From contig JBBFKX010000002.1 of the NCBI GenBank assembly GCA_037481815.1, positions 277,920-341,919 of the forward strand: a stretch of 64,000 nucleotides of DNA, written 5' to 3'. This DNA comes from a candidate division WOR-3 bacterium. GTDB taxonomy: Bacteria; Hydrothermota; 32-111. Below the pieces are notes generated by a model that was not told the origin of the DNA, did no database searches, and saw nothing but the letters and a program-made list of their open reading frames with translations. Positions 1-11,400 of the stretch are shown here, piece by piece (positions within the stretch are counted from its first letter, which is position 1; every line of letters begins with the position of its first letter). The translations under genes and the position numbers were made by a program.

Positions 1-978
1 AACAACTCTTTGACAGTTAGTAGAAACTTTATTAAGATTTTCCTTATTATAAAATTCAAAAAATTTTTTTGTGATAACTTCTGGATCATAGTGATCAAAA
101 ACCAATCCGTTGTAACCAGTTTTCACATAATCATCCATTCCGTTTCCCTTCAAAATTAATGGTATAACACCAAAAGACATACTTTCCGCTACAACTCTTG
201 AAAATGTTTCTGTTCTCCTGTTAAAAAATAACAGAAAAGAACTTAACGATAAAACATTTTCAATCTCTTCATAACTTTTAAAAATCACATTTTTAAAATC
301 ACAGTTTTTTCGGTATTCATTTCCGAAAAAACTCTCTCTCCTGGTTACGATTACTAATTTAGTATCACTTAAGATACTGTTGATTTTTTCAAAAACTTCA
401 AAAACTCTATCGTATCCTTTTTCAAATGTTGGATCACCGAAATACAAAAAAATTTTAAAATCCTTTTTACTTTCTCTTATTCTATCAACGATATTGTACA
501 GAACTTTTCCTTTTCTTAATCCATATCTTTTTTTTAAAAAATTGGAGTTAAAAATCGTTTGGTACGAAAAAGTATAAATAAATCTTTTTAATACTCTTAT
601 TATTCCGTTTTCATACATATCTCGTTCCAAAATGATCCACCTGAAATTACGATATTTTATCTTGTACAGAAAAACTAAAATGTGTGATTTAAAAGTATTT
701 GAAACGATCATCTCTGAATTCATATCGATCATTTTCAACACACACGTTATTTCCTTTAAGAAGAGAATAAAATTTCTTAATTCTTTTTTTAAAAGAAGTG
801 TCTCCTTTTTTATAGAGATTTCTTCAACTTTAACATTTTTGTGAAAATTCCATATATTCTTATCACCAACTATCACATTAATATCAAAATCATCAACAAG
901 AGAATTTATCAACTTTTCGAGAGATATTTCAGCTCCACCTTTATATGGTGAGATATCAACAAATGTAATCCTTTTCAT
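1..978 (-). CDS. Glycosyltransferase family 4 (3'-truncated by window edge)
   Basis: Not in the ORF track. ATG at 978 gives MKRITFVDISPYKGGAEISL (GT4 'GGAE'). The same frame near the left edge reads ETFSRVVAESMSFG...GYNGLVF, the GT4 E-x7-E motif. Confidence 0.85.
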   Translation of the reverse strand, partial: MKRITFVDISPYKGGAEISLEKLINSLVDDFDINVIVGDKNIWNFHKNVKVEEISIKKETLLLKKELRNFILFLKEITCVLKMIDMNSEMIVSNTFKSHILVFLYKIKYRNFRWIILERDMYENGIIRVLKRFIYTFSYQTIFNSNFLKKRYGLRKGKVLYNIVDRIRESKKDFKIFLYFGDPTFEKGYDRVFEVFEKINSILSDTKLVIVTRRESFFGNEYRKNCDFKNVIFKSYEEIENVLSLSSFLLFFNRRTETFSRVVAESMSFGVIPLILKGNGMDDYVKTGYNGLVFDHYDPEVITKKFFEFYNKENLNKVSTNCQRVV

Positions 979-2267
979 AATTTTTCTAAAATTTTTTCAA
1001 CAATAAAATTCGAAGAAGTTTCACCAAAATATTCTACAAAAAAATTTAATTTATTCTCAACATAATCTTTCTCAAAATTTTTTTCAGACAATCTTCCATA
1101 CAACTCTATAAAATCATTTTCATCTGAAACTATTTCCGCCATCCCACTTTTTGTTAACCCTAAAAAATCACCTCTGTTAAGAAAATCGAACAATATTACA
1201 GGTTTGCAGAAAAACATAGCTTCGAGTAATGCTGTTGAATAAAAACCTGAAACAATTTTAGATCTTTCTATAAACCTCTTAATTTTTCCTTTCCCCCATT
1301 TTATAAGTTTATCTTCTGAAAAAATTTTTTTTAAAAAACGAATGTTGTATTCATTTCTTAGATACACTTTAAAGTTTACATCCAACCTTTCAAACATTTT
1401 TGCAATTTTTTTATATACGTATTCAAATTCTTCTTCAAAGCCTAAAAACTGTTGATCTATCAAAAGGAGATCTATTTCTTCTTCAGTTTTATCACATTTG
1501 ATTTCAAAAGTGGGGTTTCCTCCGATTATGATTCTATTTTCGGGAATAAAATTTTTCAAATAAATATATGACGCCTTTCCCCAGCACACAAAAAAATCAG
1601 CATTCAAAGGAGCAAAAGATTCTTTGATCATAGGTAAACTGCTCTCAAAAATTGGTGTAATCCCATGTTGAAAAACAAATGTTTTTATACCCTCTTTTTT
1701 GAAATGCTCAATAAGGACCTTCTTAAATTTTGTTCTGTCCTCATCTACCAATACGAACAAGGGCAAATTTTTTGAAAAATATTTTTGAAGCATTTTTTTA
1801 AATCTTTCAAGATCATAGTAGTTGTCCTGAATTATATCTTTATAGAGATTTTCAATTTCATGTTCACCATCAAATTTTTTAATTGAAATGGGAAATCTTC
1901 CCATTCTTGAATAAACCAGGTTCCGTTCATCAGAAAATCCAAAAGGACTGCTTGTGATCCTTACAGTTATATTATTTATCTTTTTTTCAAAAAACTTGTC
2001 AATTATGCCAAATGGAAGGTTTCCAAAACTTAAAAAAAATGGTTCTTTTGGATTTTTAATTTTCAGATTCACGGAAAATAAATTTTTTTTCTTCTTCCTA
2101 TATATAAAATTTTCGGAAAAACTGTCATAAGTTGCCCATAACAAAGAATATCGCAAATTCTTAAATTCGGGATAGAGATTTATAAAATGTTCAACCTTTT
2201 CAACTGACAGAATATATTTTTTTCTCTGATCTTCTTTAATCGATTTAATATCCATCATATTCCTCAA
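975..2267 (-). CDS. GT-B fold surface polysaccharide biosynthesis protein (glycerophosphotransferase/sialyltransferase-like)
   Basis: Motifs FVFQHG, FVCWG, GGNP and STALLEAMFFCKPV; lies in the wzx/wzy cluster. True start may be 2258 or 2255. Confidence 0.65.
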   Translation of the reverse strand: MRNMMDIKSIKEDQRKKYILSVEKVEHFINLYPEFKNLRYSLLWATYDSFSENFIYRKKKKNLFSVNLKIKNPKEPFFLSFGNLPFGIIDKFFEKKINNITVRITSSPFGFSDERNLVYSRMGRFPISIKKFDGEHEIENLYKDIIQDNYYDLERFKKMLQKYFSKNLPLFVLVDEDRTKFKKVLIEHFKKEGIKTFVFQHGITPIFESSLPMIKESFAPLNADFFVCWGKASYIYLKNFIPENRIIIGGNPTFEIKCDKTEEEIDLLLIDQQFLGFEEEFEYVYKKIAKMFERLDVNFKVYLRNEYNIRFLKKIFSEDKLIKWGKGKIKRFIERSKIVSGFYSTALLEAMFFCKPVILFDFLNRGDFLGLTKSGMAEIVSDENDFIELYGRLSEKNFEKDYVENKLNFFVEYFGETSSNFIVEKILEKL

Positions 2268-3552
2268 ATATAATTTTTAAAATGACCGGTAAAACAAAAT
2301 GAAAATTGAACAGGGACGAAAAAACAAATAGAAAAATATAAAAAATTGTGAAAATGTTGATTTTTCTTATAAGTATCAAAAGTGAAAGCACAAAATATAA
2401 AACGAAAACGAAACCGCCAGAGAATAAAAGGTTCAAGAAACTCGTTTCATAAATATTTTTATCAATGTTTTTATCAAGAGCTTTACTTGAAAGATACAAA
2501 CCATCTCCAAAAGGTTTCCTCTTTAAATTAACGATATCATTTTTCACTTTTTGTATCCTGTTTTTCAGAGAATATGTTTCAAAATTCTTTATAAATGGTT
2601 CAACATTATGCTTTAAGATCGTTTTGAATCTGCTATCATGCTTATACACTGTTGTATCAATCTTGATAAAAATTAGTAAAAATTCATAGAAAATTAAAAA
2701 AAATAAAAAAACAATAAAAAAAGTTCTGTATTTCTTTTCAAATAAAAGAAAAACAAAAAACATAAATATTACAATAAACATAGATGTTCGAAACGAAAAA
2801 ATTACTATGAGAAAAAATGAAATCAAAGAAAAAAGGATAGAAAATCTATTTTTATTTTTAAGAAAGACAATAAAGGATAAAGCAAGAAAACAAGAAAATT
2901 CCTCAACTGACGAAAAAGTTGAAAAAGGTCTATAATAGTTACCAAGTTTTAAAGATGTATATTGGTAAAAAGAGACATTCTTAACATAAAACATATCGGA
3001 TAAAAAATAAATGTTAAAATATTGTAACAATGCATAAAAAACTGTAAAGGTAAAAAAGTAAACAAAAAGTCTGTTAAACAAAATAGTAAATTTTTTAAAA
3101 TTTAAAAAAAAGAAAAAAGGAAAAATATAAAGATTCACAAGAACAAAAAAATCAAAAATATCTATTTTCAAAGGCAAAATTATCATATAAATGATCATAA
3201 GGGAGTGAATCAATAAAAACAGTTTCAGTTCCTTTGTTAAACCTAAAATTGAAAAAAAGATTTCTTTTAAATAGAACATAACATACAGAAAAGGTATAAG
3301 AAAAACAAGATTATAAGGATATCCTGATGTGAAAAAATAGAACAACCTTGAAAAGAATCCGTATAACAATAAAAAGACTAAAAAATAAATATTATTTTTA
3401 TTTTTTTCATCAAAAAAAACTATAATAAAAAACAATACCAGAGGAAAAACAAAAAATAAATTTTTTTCCTTAACCGCAAGGAATACATAAAAAGATGTTG
3501 CTATAAAAAGCGATCCCAGTTTAAAGATATTTGAATAATCTAACCTTTTCAT
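2245..3552 (-). CDS. O-antigen polymerase/ligase (Wzy/WaaL-like) membrane protein
   Basis: About 11-12 TM segments, R-P-F-S-T-F loop, SFR motif, periplasmic loop ending KPFGDG. Confidence 0.75.
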   Translation of the reverse strand: MKRLDYSNIFKLGSLFIATSFYVFLAVKEKNLFFVFPLVLFFIIVFFDEKNKNNIYFLVFLLLYGFFSRLFYFFTSGYPYNLVFLIPFLYVMFYLKEIFFSILGLTKELKLFLLIHSLMIIYMIILPLKIDIFDFFVLVNLYIFPFFFFLNFKKFTILFNRLFVYFFTFTVFYALLQYFNIYFLSDMFYVKNVSFYQYTSLKLGNYYRPFSTFSSVEEFSCFLALSFIVFLKNKNRFSILFSLISFFLIVIFSFRTSMFIVIFMFFVFLLFEKKYRTFFIVFLFFLIFYEFLLIFIKIDTTVYKHDSRFKTILKHNVEPFIKNFETYSLKNRIQKVKNDIVNLKRKPFGDGLYLSSKALDKNIDKNIYETSFLNLLFSGGFVFVLYFVLSLLILIRKINIFTIFYIFLFVFSSLFNFHFVLPVILKIIFEEYDGY

Positions 3553-4400
3553 CGGTTTAATTTTACCATCTTTTTTAAAAATAAAAATATTTTTAAATAA
3601 ATGTTCACAAAATTTTTTACTTTTTTTCCATAATGCTTTTCAAGGAAATAATCCATTGATTTAAAGGAATAATTTAATGATTCTTTTGTAGCTGAAAGGT
3701 TATGTTTGTGAAAAGCTTTTAATTTTGACTCATAAAATATTTTAAAACTTTGTTTTTTTAATCTTAAAAAAAGATCCGTCTCTTCATAGGTTAAAAAAAA
3801 TCCAGGATCAAATTTCCCAACTTTTTCGAAAGATTCTTTTTTTACAAGCATCAAAGATCCATTAACACCATAAACCTCTTTTGAACTTTTATAAAAATGG
3901 ATACCTTCCCATACACCTAAATATCCGTTACTTTTTTTATCGAAGAGAGAAAGGATAAAAGGTAAAAATGAAAAATGGTAGAAAATAACAAAAGGATCAT
4001 AAGACTTTTTTTGAATACCCTTTCTAAAACTTACATTTGAATAAATATTGAACCCGACGATCGCGTAATTTTTTTCTCTATATTCATTTATCCGCTGTTC
4101 AAGTTTTTTAAAAAATTCTTTTTCAAAAATAATATCATCGTTTGATATAAGGAAATAATCGGTTTCTACAAAAGTTGATGCGATGTTTATGGATCTGCCA
4201 TAGCCATAGTTTTCCTTATTTTTAATGTACATTATTGTCAAACCGTTCGGAACAATTTTTTCATTATCACCATTGTCCACCAATACGAGTTTGATATTAT
4301 TTTCCTTTAAAATTCTGTAATTATGTAAAAAAAATTGCTCAGCATTTTCTCTTTTAAACAGAACAACTATAAGATTCAGTTCAAATTTTTTTTCATCCAT
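3549..4400 (-). CDS. Glycosyltransferase family 2 (rhamnosyltransferase-like)
   Basis: VDNG, NYGYGRSIN, SNDD, GKFDPGFFLTYEETDL. Confidence 0.9.
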   Translation of the reverse strand: MDEKKFELNLIVVLFKRENAEQFFLHNYRILKENNIKLVLVDNGDNEKIVPNGLTIMYIKNKENYGYGRSINIASTFVETDYFLISNDDIIFEKEFFKKLEQRINEYREKNYAIVGFNIYSNVSFRKGIQKKSYDPFVIFYHFSFLPFILSLFDKKSNGYLGVWEGIHFYKSSKEVYGVNGSLMLVKKESFEKVGKFDPGFFLTYEETDLFLRLKKQSFKIFYESKLKAFHKHNLSATKESLNYSFKSMDYFLEKHYGKKVKNFVNIYLKIFLFLKKMVKLNR

Positions 4401-5734
4401 AACACAAAATTTTTACCCTTAAAAATAAAAATAAAACAAATAAAAAAGATTACACCTAACAAAAGAATTAGATTCATTTTTTCAAATGAGAATATTATCA
4501 AAGAAAAAAGCAAAATAGTAGCAAGAGAAAATAGATCCAAAATTTTTGCTTTTAAAATGAAATTTAAAAAAAAGATCCAGATAAAAAAATAAACCGTTTT
4601 TAATGTTAAAAAGTAATATGAAAATTTAACGATGTCAATTTTTTTTTCAAAAATGTAAAAAATCAAAACACCGGATAAAATCAAAAATGAGCCAAAAATT
4701 TGAAGATAGTTATAGTATTTCAATTTTTCTATTGAGAGAAGTTTATTAAACATTATATAAAAATATATATCAAAAAAAATCGTTATGGAAAGTATTAAAA
4801 ATATGTTAACCGATTCGATATAATTTGTTAAAAACCTTTTTGTAACAATTTTCAAAAAAACGTATGAAACAACAATAAAGAAAAAAGTCAACACTGAAAT
4901 TGTAATAAAAAAAACATTTATCCTTTTATAAGAATACTTATCAATATTTTTTACAAAATCGGGTAAAAAATATTGTACTATCGAAACAGGTAGCATTTGA
5001 GCAAAAGAAAGAAAAAAAACTGCGGTTGAATATATCGCAAAAGTTTCTTTAATCAATATAAAACTTAAAAACAATCTTTCGAAACTCGAAATTATCTGGT
5101 TTAAAAATCCCACTGAATAGATCGAAAATCCTTTTTTTAAGAAAAATAAAAGATTTTCAAAATTAAAAGTTTCAAAACGAATACCTTTCGTAAAAATAAC
5201 CCCAACAGCAAATGAGAACAAAGAATAAACAATAAAACTAACATATGCTCCATTTAAACCAAAAAAATAAGTCAAAACTATTGTTGAAAACAAAAGCATG
5301 GTCTGTGAAAGAACAAGATTTAATGAATATTTATAAAAATCCCCTGTAGATTTCAAATAATATAACGGGATTTCCTTCGCCGAATAAAAAAAGAGTGTTA
5401 AGAACAAAAAAAGAAAGATCGATTTTTTTAAAAACAAAAAAAAAGGTAACAAGAACAAAGAAACAGTAAAAAAAATCAAAGAATTTATTGTAAAAATTTT
5501 GTTTTTGTAAATTTCCTTTTCTTTATCAGTTACCCTTGGAAGTAGTATCATGAAAGAATTTGTTAAACCAAAATTTAACAGTAAAAGATAACTTAGGACA
5601 ATTTTGAACTGGCTGAATTCTCCCATCTGTTGGAGAGAAAGCATTTTTACAAGAAAAAAACCCTGGATGAACGATAAAAAAATATTTATATAATTTGAAA
5701 AAGTATAAAAAGTGATATTTCTAATCACCATCAA
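4376..5734 (-). CDS. wzx: Wzx-type oligosaccharide flippase
   Basis: About 12-14 TMs; N-terminal 'NITFYTFSNYIN...L...MGEFS...FGL' MOP flippase pattern; cluster context. Confidence 0.8.
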   Translation of the reverse strand: MMVIRNITFYTFSNYINIFLSFIQGFFLVKMLSLQQMGEFSQFKIVLSYLLLLNFGLTNSFMILLPRVTDKEKEIYKNKIFTINSLIFFTVSLFLLPFFLFLKKSIFLFLFLTLFFYSAKEIPLYYLKSTGDFYKYSLNLVLSQTMLLFSTIVLTYFFGLNGAYVSFIVYSLFSFAVGVIFTKGIRFETFNFENLLFFLKKGFSIYSVGFLNQIISSFERLFLSFILIKETFAIYSTAVFFLSFAQMLPVSIVQYFLPDFVKNIDKYSYKRINVFFITISVLTFFFIVVSYVFLKIVTKRFLTNYIESVNIFLILSITIFFDIYFYIMFNKLLSIEKLKYYNYLQIFGSFLILSGVLIFYIFEKKIDIVKFSYYFLTLKTVYFFIWIFFLNFILKAKILDLFSLATILLFSLIIFSFEKMNLILLLGVIFFICFIFIFKGKNFVLWMKKNLN

Positions 5735-6585
5735 AGAAGTTCAGCTCCACATTTCTCACAGTTAAACAGGTCTGATCTGTTAATATGACCACATTTAGGA
5801 CATACAAGACCTTCAATCGTTTCAATGTTTTCTTCTTTAACATTGACATCAAAATCTTTCTCAAAAACGAGATCATCTTCACTTTTATATTTTTTATTGT
5901 TCATTTCAAGAGGATTATCTTTAACCATTTTTTCTTCTTTTGGAAGATCTTCACCTAGAGAAAATTTTTCTTCTTTTACTATATCAGGTTGAATTATATT
6001 ATCTATAGCAGATTGTATATTTTCAGACAAGTTTCTGTCAAGTTCTTCCGGCTGAACATTTTCATTTAAATTTTCTCCCGCAGGTGGAAATTTTACTTCG
6101 ATTTTACTTTCAGGATATACAAGATTGTTTTCATAAACAATTTTTTCTCTAAACTGTTCCAGAGAAGGTTCATGTGGTGTTTTTTCTTCAGGTAACATTT
6201 TGGTCAACTCTTTTTTATCTTCTTGAAGTTTTCTTAGTTGATTCAATAATTCTTCCCTTTTGTTATCAAATAACTGTTTTTTTTCTTCAAACTCATTTAA
6301 AGTAATCTCTCCGAGGATACTTCTAACGTTTAATTCTTCTATTTCAAGTTCTAAATTGTTTATTTTTTCACTGATTTCTTTTTCCTTTATATTTATATTC
6401 TCTATTTCAGATTTTACAAACTCTGCATTTTTTTTGATCTGCTCAAAAATGTTCCTTAATTTCTCTTCATATTCGTTTTTAATTTTCTCATAGATCGCAA
6501 GTTTTATCTGTCCTTTCATTCCTTCAAGTTTTTTCATCCTATTTTCAAGTTCCTCTTTCTCTGTGACCAAACTTCTTAAGTCCAT
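5731..6585 (-). CDS. Coiled-coil (CdvA-like) protein with acidic linker and C-terminal zinc ribbon
   Basis: N-terminal heptads with YEKIKNEYEEKL and ELNVRSILGEI; C-terminal CPKCG...CEKCG. Confidence 0.7.
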   Translation of the reverse strand: MDLRSLVTEKEELENRMKKLEGMKGQIKLAIYEKIKNEYEEKLRNIFEQIKKNAEFVKSEIENINIKEKEISEKINNLELEIEELNVRSILGEITLNEFEEKKQLFDNKREELLNQLRKLQEDKKELTKMLPEEKTPHEPSLEQFREKIVYENNLVYPESKIEVKFPPAGENLNENVQPEELDRNLSENIQSAIDNIIQPDIVKEEKFSLGEDLPKEEKMVKDNPLEMNNKKYKSEDDLVFEKDFDVNVKEENIETIEGLVCPKCGHINRSDLFNCEKCGAELL

Positions 6586-7520
6586 TCTTCCCCCTTTATT
6601 ATTTTTATAATAGATTCTTCAACCAACAGAGTTCCATACCTTTGATTGAATCTTCTCAAATCCCTTAAAAGATTATACACTGTTTCAAAACTCTTTTTCA
6701 ACACCTTTTCATCCCAATTTTTGAATTTGTTTTTTTCATTTTTTTTTGCTTCAGAGAATTGTTTTAAAAGCATCATAACAAGTCCATCGTTAGTCAAAAG
6801 TTTCCATTCAAGACATTTTCTATATGATATTATCGTTTCTTTTAATTTTTTCTCAGATAGATTGTTAAGAAAATCGAAAATATACGAATCGTAAAATTCA
6901 ACCTTATCCTGTAACGCTTCTATATCATCTAAAGTTAAAACTTCTCCTTTCATGTATGAAGAGTTGATTATGTTAAAAACAGAATAAATATTTCCATCTG
7001 TAAAATCCAAAAGTTTCTGTGCCATAAGATCTGTTATTTTCATATTTCTTGCTTTTGCAAATTCAACAATTCGCTTTATATTTATACTTTTAAGAAATTT
7101 AGGATCCATCTCAACAAAAAAATGAAGTGCGTTTTTAAATTTTTGTTCAGAACCTTTTTTTATCTCATATGGGGATAGTTCCTCTTCATCAATACACAGA
7201 ATTATAAATATTATATTTTTTTCAAGCCCGGAAGATAGATCATCTATTCTTTCTGCAAAACTTTTGGAAATTTTTAAACCATCTTTGAAAATAAAAATTT
7301 TTTTTTCAGAAATAAATGGAGGTGTCAGAACCTTATTATAAAAATCTTCTTCGTTGTTTTCATCTATGTAAAACTCAAAGTAATCAAAATCTTCAGCACC
7401 AGGAGAGATATATTTTTCCTTCAATTTTTGTATAACATTTTTTATATCCTCAGAATAGTTTCCCGATATTACAAAAAAGTTTTTAGTTTCCGACAAAGTT
7501 AAAATATCGTTTATTTCCAT
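6576..7520 (-). CDS. holA: DNA polymerase III delta subunit
   Basis: 'FDYFEF...TPPFISEKKIFI' and 'IFDFLNNL' delta-subunit patterns; typical length. Confidence 0.75.
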   Translation of the reverse strand: MEINDILTLSETKNFFVISGNYSEDIKNVIQKLKEKYISPGAEDFDYFEFYIDENNEEDFYNKVLTPPFISEKKIFIFKDGLKISKSFAERIDDLSSGLEKNIIFIILCIDEEELSPYEIKKGSEQKFKNALHFFVEMDPKFLKSINIKRIVEFAKARNMKITDLMAQKLLDFTDGNIYSVFNIINSSYMKGEVLTLDDIEALQDKVEFYDSYIFDFLNNLSEKKLKETIISYRKCLEWKLLTNDGLVMMLLKQFSEAKKNEKNKFKNWDEKVLKKSFETVYNLLRDLRRFNQRYGTLLVEESIIKIIKGEEWT

Positions 7521-8488
7521 CAGAATAAATATGAAACTCCAATAGAGTTCGTGTTACCAATTTCAAGTATTGAGAGAGAATAATAAATAGAACCATTCAA
7601 AATGTTTAAAAATACCCCAAACCCAAGATTTTTTATATCTGAATTTTCAAAAAGGTTTTGGTTGTATCCTATATTGAAGCCAATAATGTTTGAATATATA
7701 TATATCAAAGATATCATAAGTTTTTTATCACTAAGATCATAGGATATTTCTGAAAAAATGTTCGAATTTATTTTATGAATATCGATAGAATAGGAAATGG
7801 ATGTAAAGAATCTATCGTTTATCAAGTTTACCGTGTTGGAATCGGTATCCCATACAATTCTCGTTTTTGCAACATCTTTATAAACAAATGAAAAAGAAAA
7901 AATTCCTGGAATTTTCGTTTTAAAATCGTTAAATGAAAATTTTACAGTTGTTCCAAGATCGATTCCAAATCCCATACCCCTATTCATATACAGTTTCTGG
8001 TATAATGTTTTTATGTTGCTACCAAAACTGAATTCATAAAACTTTTTTTCTTTTTGACCATTAGTTCTGTAAGAAAAATTTAAAATTCCAGCAAAACAGT
8101 TATCCGAAAAAAATCCTTCGGGAACAAACGAAACAGAATCAGAATATTCCGGATAAACTGGTATATCATTTATATTCTGGTTTAGAAGTTGAAAACCAAA
8201 ATTCACTCCTTTTATTTCAGGTAAAAGAAAAGAAAAGTTGTTATAATCGGATATATTGGAAAATAAAAATTTATGTTCATAAAAAAGTACAAAACTTTTT
8301 CTCGGTTGACAAAATAAATTTGAAGAGTTTGAAGGATTAAAGTAAAAGAGTGGTAATCTTGAAAAATTGAAAGTTAAAACAGCACCTTTACTGCTTTCTC
8401 CAATCGGTGTTGGTAAAATCGACAAAAAATCACTGGAAAAGATTTTTAAAGTTAAAGAAATGAATAAAAAAATAAAAAATTTTTTCAT
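7520..8488 (-). CDS. PorV-like outer-membrane beta-barrel
   Basis: Signal peptide, FYFNPS (NPA-like motif of the FadL/PorV hatch), GFGIDLG, alternating strands, C-terminal YLF; directly downstream of the PorU-like gene. Confidence 0.7.
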   Translation of the reverse strand: MKKFFIFLFISLTLKIFSSDFLSILPTPIGESSKGAVLTFNFSRLPLFYFNPSNSSNLFCQPRKSFVLFYEHKFLFSNISDYNNFSFLLPEIKGVNFGFQLLNQNINDIPVYPEYSDSVSFVPEGFFSDNCFAGILNFSYRTNGQKEKKFYEFSFGSNIKTLYQKLYMNRGMGFGIDLGTTVKFSFNDFKTKIPGIFSFSFVYKDVAKTRIVWDTDSNTVNLINDRFFTSISYSIDIHKINSNIFSEISYDLSDKKLMISLIYIYSNIIGFNIGYNQNLFENSDIKNLGFGVFLNILNGSIYYSLSILEIGNTNSIGVSYLF

Positions 8489-11400
8489 CTTATCACACTC
8501 ATTTTCTGAATTTTTGATTTCACTTTTTCTCCATCACTTTCTGCTTCTATATAATAAAAATATGTTCCGTTTCTATAATCATCAATCTGGATATCAGCAT
8601 AAACAAATCTGTCTTTTAAAAATGAAAGATTGTATGTTTTAAAAAGTTCACCATTTGATTTATATATTTTAAGTGTTGCCGACTCTGGATTTTTCGAAAG
8701 TTCACAAACTATCCTCGTGTTTTTCCCAACAACAGGGTTCGGGAAATTTGCAACATTAATTATCTTGAACTGGTTTGAAACCTGAAAATCAAACACTTTT
8801 TCTGTCGAATTTCCATAAATATCTTTACAGTATACTTTAAGAGTATGTGTTCCATTTTCAAGAAATTTTGAAACTTTTACCGGCATTGTTTTAGTTACTG
8901 TTTCCTTTGTAACCTTATAATCTGATTCAGAGGAAAGAGTATCATCATCTATCATAATTAAAAAACTTTTCGTATCGATTCCCTCATTATCTTCAACGGT
9001 GATTCCCAAATCTACATTGTTAACGAGTAATGTAGAATAATAAACCTCTTTGTTTTCAACAAAGATTTTTACAAGTGGTGGAATGGTATCATTCCATCTT
9101 CCGATTACAAATCTTTCAGTATTTCTTTCAAATGTGAAAAGAATCGTATCCTCTCTTCTCTCTCCTTCTAAAACAAATTTGTTTGAAAGAGAGTCATACA
9201 TTAATACATTTGCGGGGAGCAGTTCTGAATGTGGATAAAGTAAAAGAACATTTTTATAATCTGGATTCAAAACATCTATTCTATAGACATCCATCTGTTG
9301 TTTATCGACACTCAATATTTCAAGGTTTTGATCAATTTCATTCAACGAGTCCCTCGAAACAATAATCAGATTTGTGTCATCATTCGTCTGTCCATTGTTA
9401 AAAATGCAAAGAGAATGATAGGTTAACGATGAATCAAAAGGTTGTTTTCCATAAATATAGGAATAAATATAATCAAAATCTGATTCCATTACCTTGTTGT
9501 TTGTAAAATTCCTATCAGGGAAAATCAAAGTATCTTCAGCAGCAAACACATAAATTTTTTCCCTAAAATAATTTTTAGCAATTTTGACTTTTGATTCTTT
9601 TGTTTCTCCACCTTTTAACGAAATGGTATCAATTCCTATTAAAAGAGTGTCATCGTTTTGATCTATATTATAAAAATGAACAGGCATTGAATTGATATCT
9701 CTTTCTCCCCCATTGGAAATTTTTACCGTTATTGCTGGACTTTTATCTTTAAATGATAGATAAGGTTTTTGGAGTATCTTTGCATCAGGATAAGGAGGAA
9801 TCAACAACTTTTTCGTGAAACTTGTAAAGTTGATATTTTCGGTTGAGTCAGAATAAGAGATATAATAATAAAAATAATCGTATGAACTTTTCTTCGCCTT
9901 TATTGGTGATAACAGATTTGTGTAAAAAAGTAAACTATCAAGAGAATCCTGAATCATGTTCGCTGTATAATAATATGTGGAATTTGGATATTTATAGTTC
10001 GCTATAAGATTCTTTAAATTTTTTCCACCTATTCTTGCAAATATTCTAAATTCTGTAAGCGTATCGGGATTTGAAGGAGAGATATAAAAACTTTTTATAC
10101 CATCTCCTCCAACTGTTGGATATGATAGATAAAGTACTGATGTGTCACCTGTAAAAGCAACGGTTGCCAGAACCATGGATGAAGCCGGAAGAGAATCAGG
10201 AAGATAGAGAGTATTTTCTCCATAGCCATTTACAAGATTCGAATGATCAAAAATCAACATTCTTCTTTCTGTATCGATAATAACACTTTCAAGAAAACCA
10301 TCCTTTAGATTTGAATCTGAATGTATGATAACAAGAGTATCTTTTGGTGCTATCTGATACGATGAGAGTGAGCATGTTTTTTCTGAGATATCAGGTATTT
10401 TTAGATCCAAAAGGTTCACTCCCAATAAACCATAATTTTTGATCTCATAAACATTGGGATCATCTAAATTTGAACTCCCAAAAGCACTGCTGTTGATGAA
10501 AAAGTTAAGTTCACCATAAAGTATTATATCCCCTATATTTTTTATTCCATTGAAAGCGATCTGCCTGAAATTTGATTCTCCTAAACTATTATTAAGATTA
10601 TCGGTACTTGCGGTTGCAGATCCATAATATGCTATCGAACCACCAAACGGAGAAAGAACAAACGCTTCGCCTATCGATTGCTGATCCCTAAATAGTTCAT
10701 CATAATAACCTGTATCACATGAATAAACTTTCACAAACGGTAATCTGTTGATGTTGTTCATTCTCAAAACATCGGTTAACCTTATATAAACTCCACTACC
10801 TATAGATTGGGCAGCACCGTGAGCATATATGTTCAAAATAGATGCCCCATAGTTCAACTGGTCTATAAAATCACCGTTGTTGTCATAAAGATTGGCCACA
10901 AAATCGACTCCAATATAATCTGGCATCATCGATGCAAGTTTTAGCGACTGGTATTTTGCATCAACATAGGATGGAAGTCCAGTGCCTGGAGGTGTTGTAT
11001 CGTATGCGAATATAAATTTTAGATTGAATATTCCGGAATTTTTCCAATCAAGATAATGTTTCACTTTTTGTATTGCAACATCAATTTCACTCTCATTTCT
11101 CACGGGAAACCTTGAAATCGATATATCCTCAACAGGATCATCTCCAACTATTGTTGCATAATAATTATCGGATGCTATGAGAGCCCTTGAATACGCTGAA
11201 TTTTCATAATAGTATGGTGCAGGTATACTGTAATCAAAAATTTTTAAATGGTTATTGTTGTCATAAGATCCATCACCCAAAAGGAGAACATGTGTCGGTG
11301 GAACACTCCAGTTGTTATATGCTGAGATCAAAAAATCTTTGATAGGTTTAACACCTCTCATTCCATAGTTGAACTCATCATAAATTTCTTCAGTCCCAAC

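Noticed and set aside
2245-5734. Long A/T homopolymers in wzy and wzx as phase-variation tracts
   Set aside because: Expected from Phe/Lys codons at this AT content; the frames are intact.
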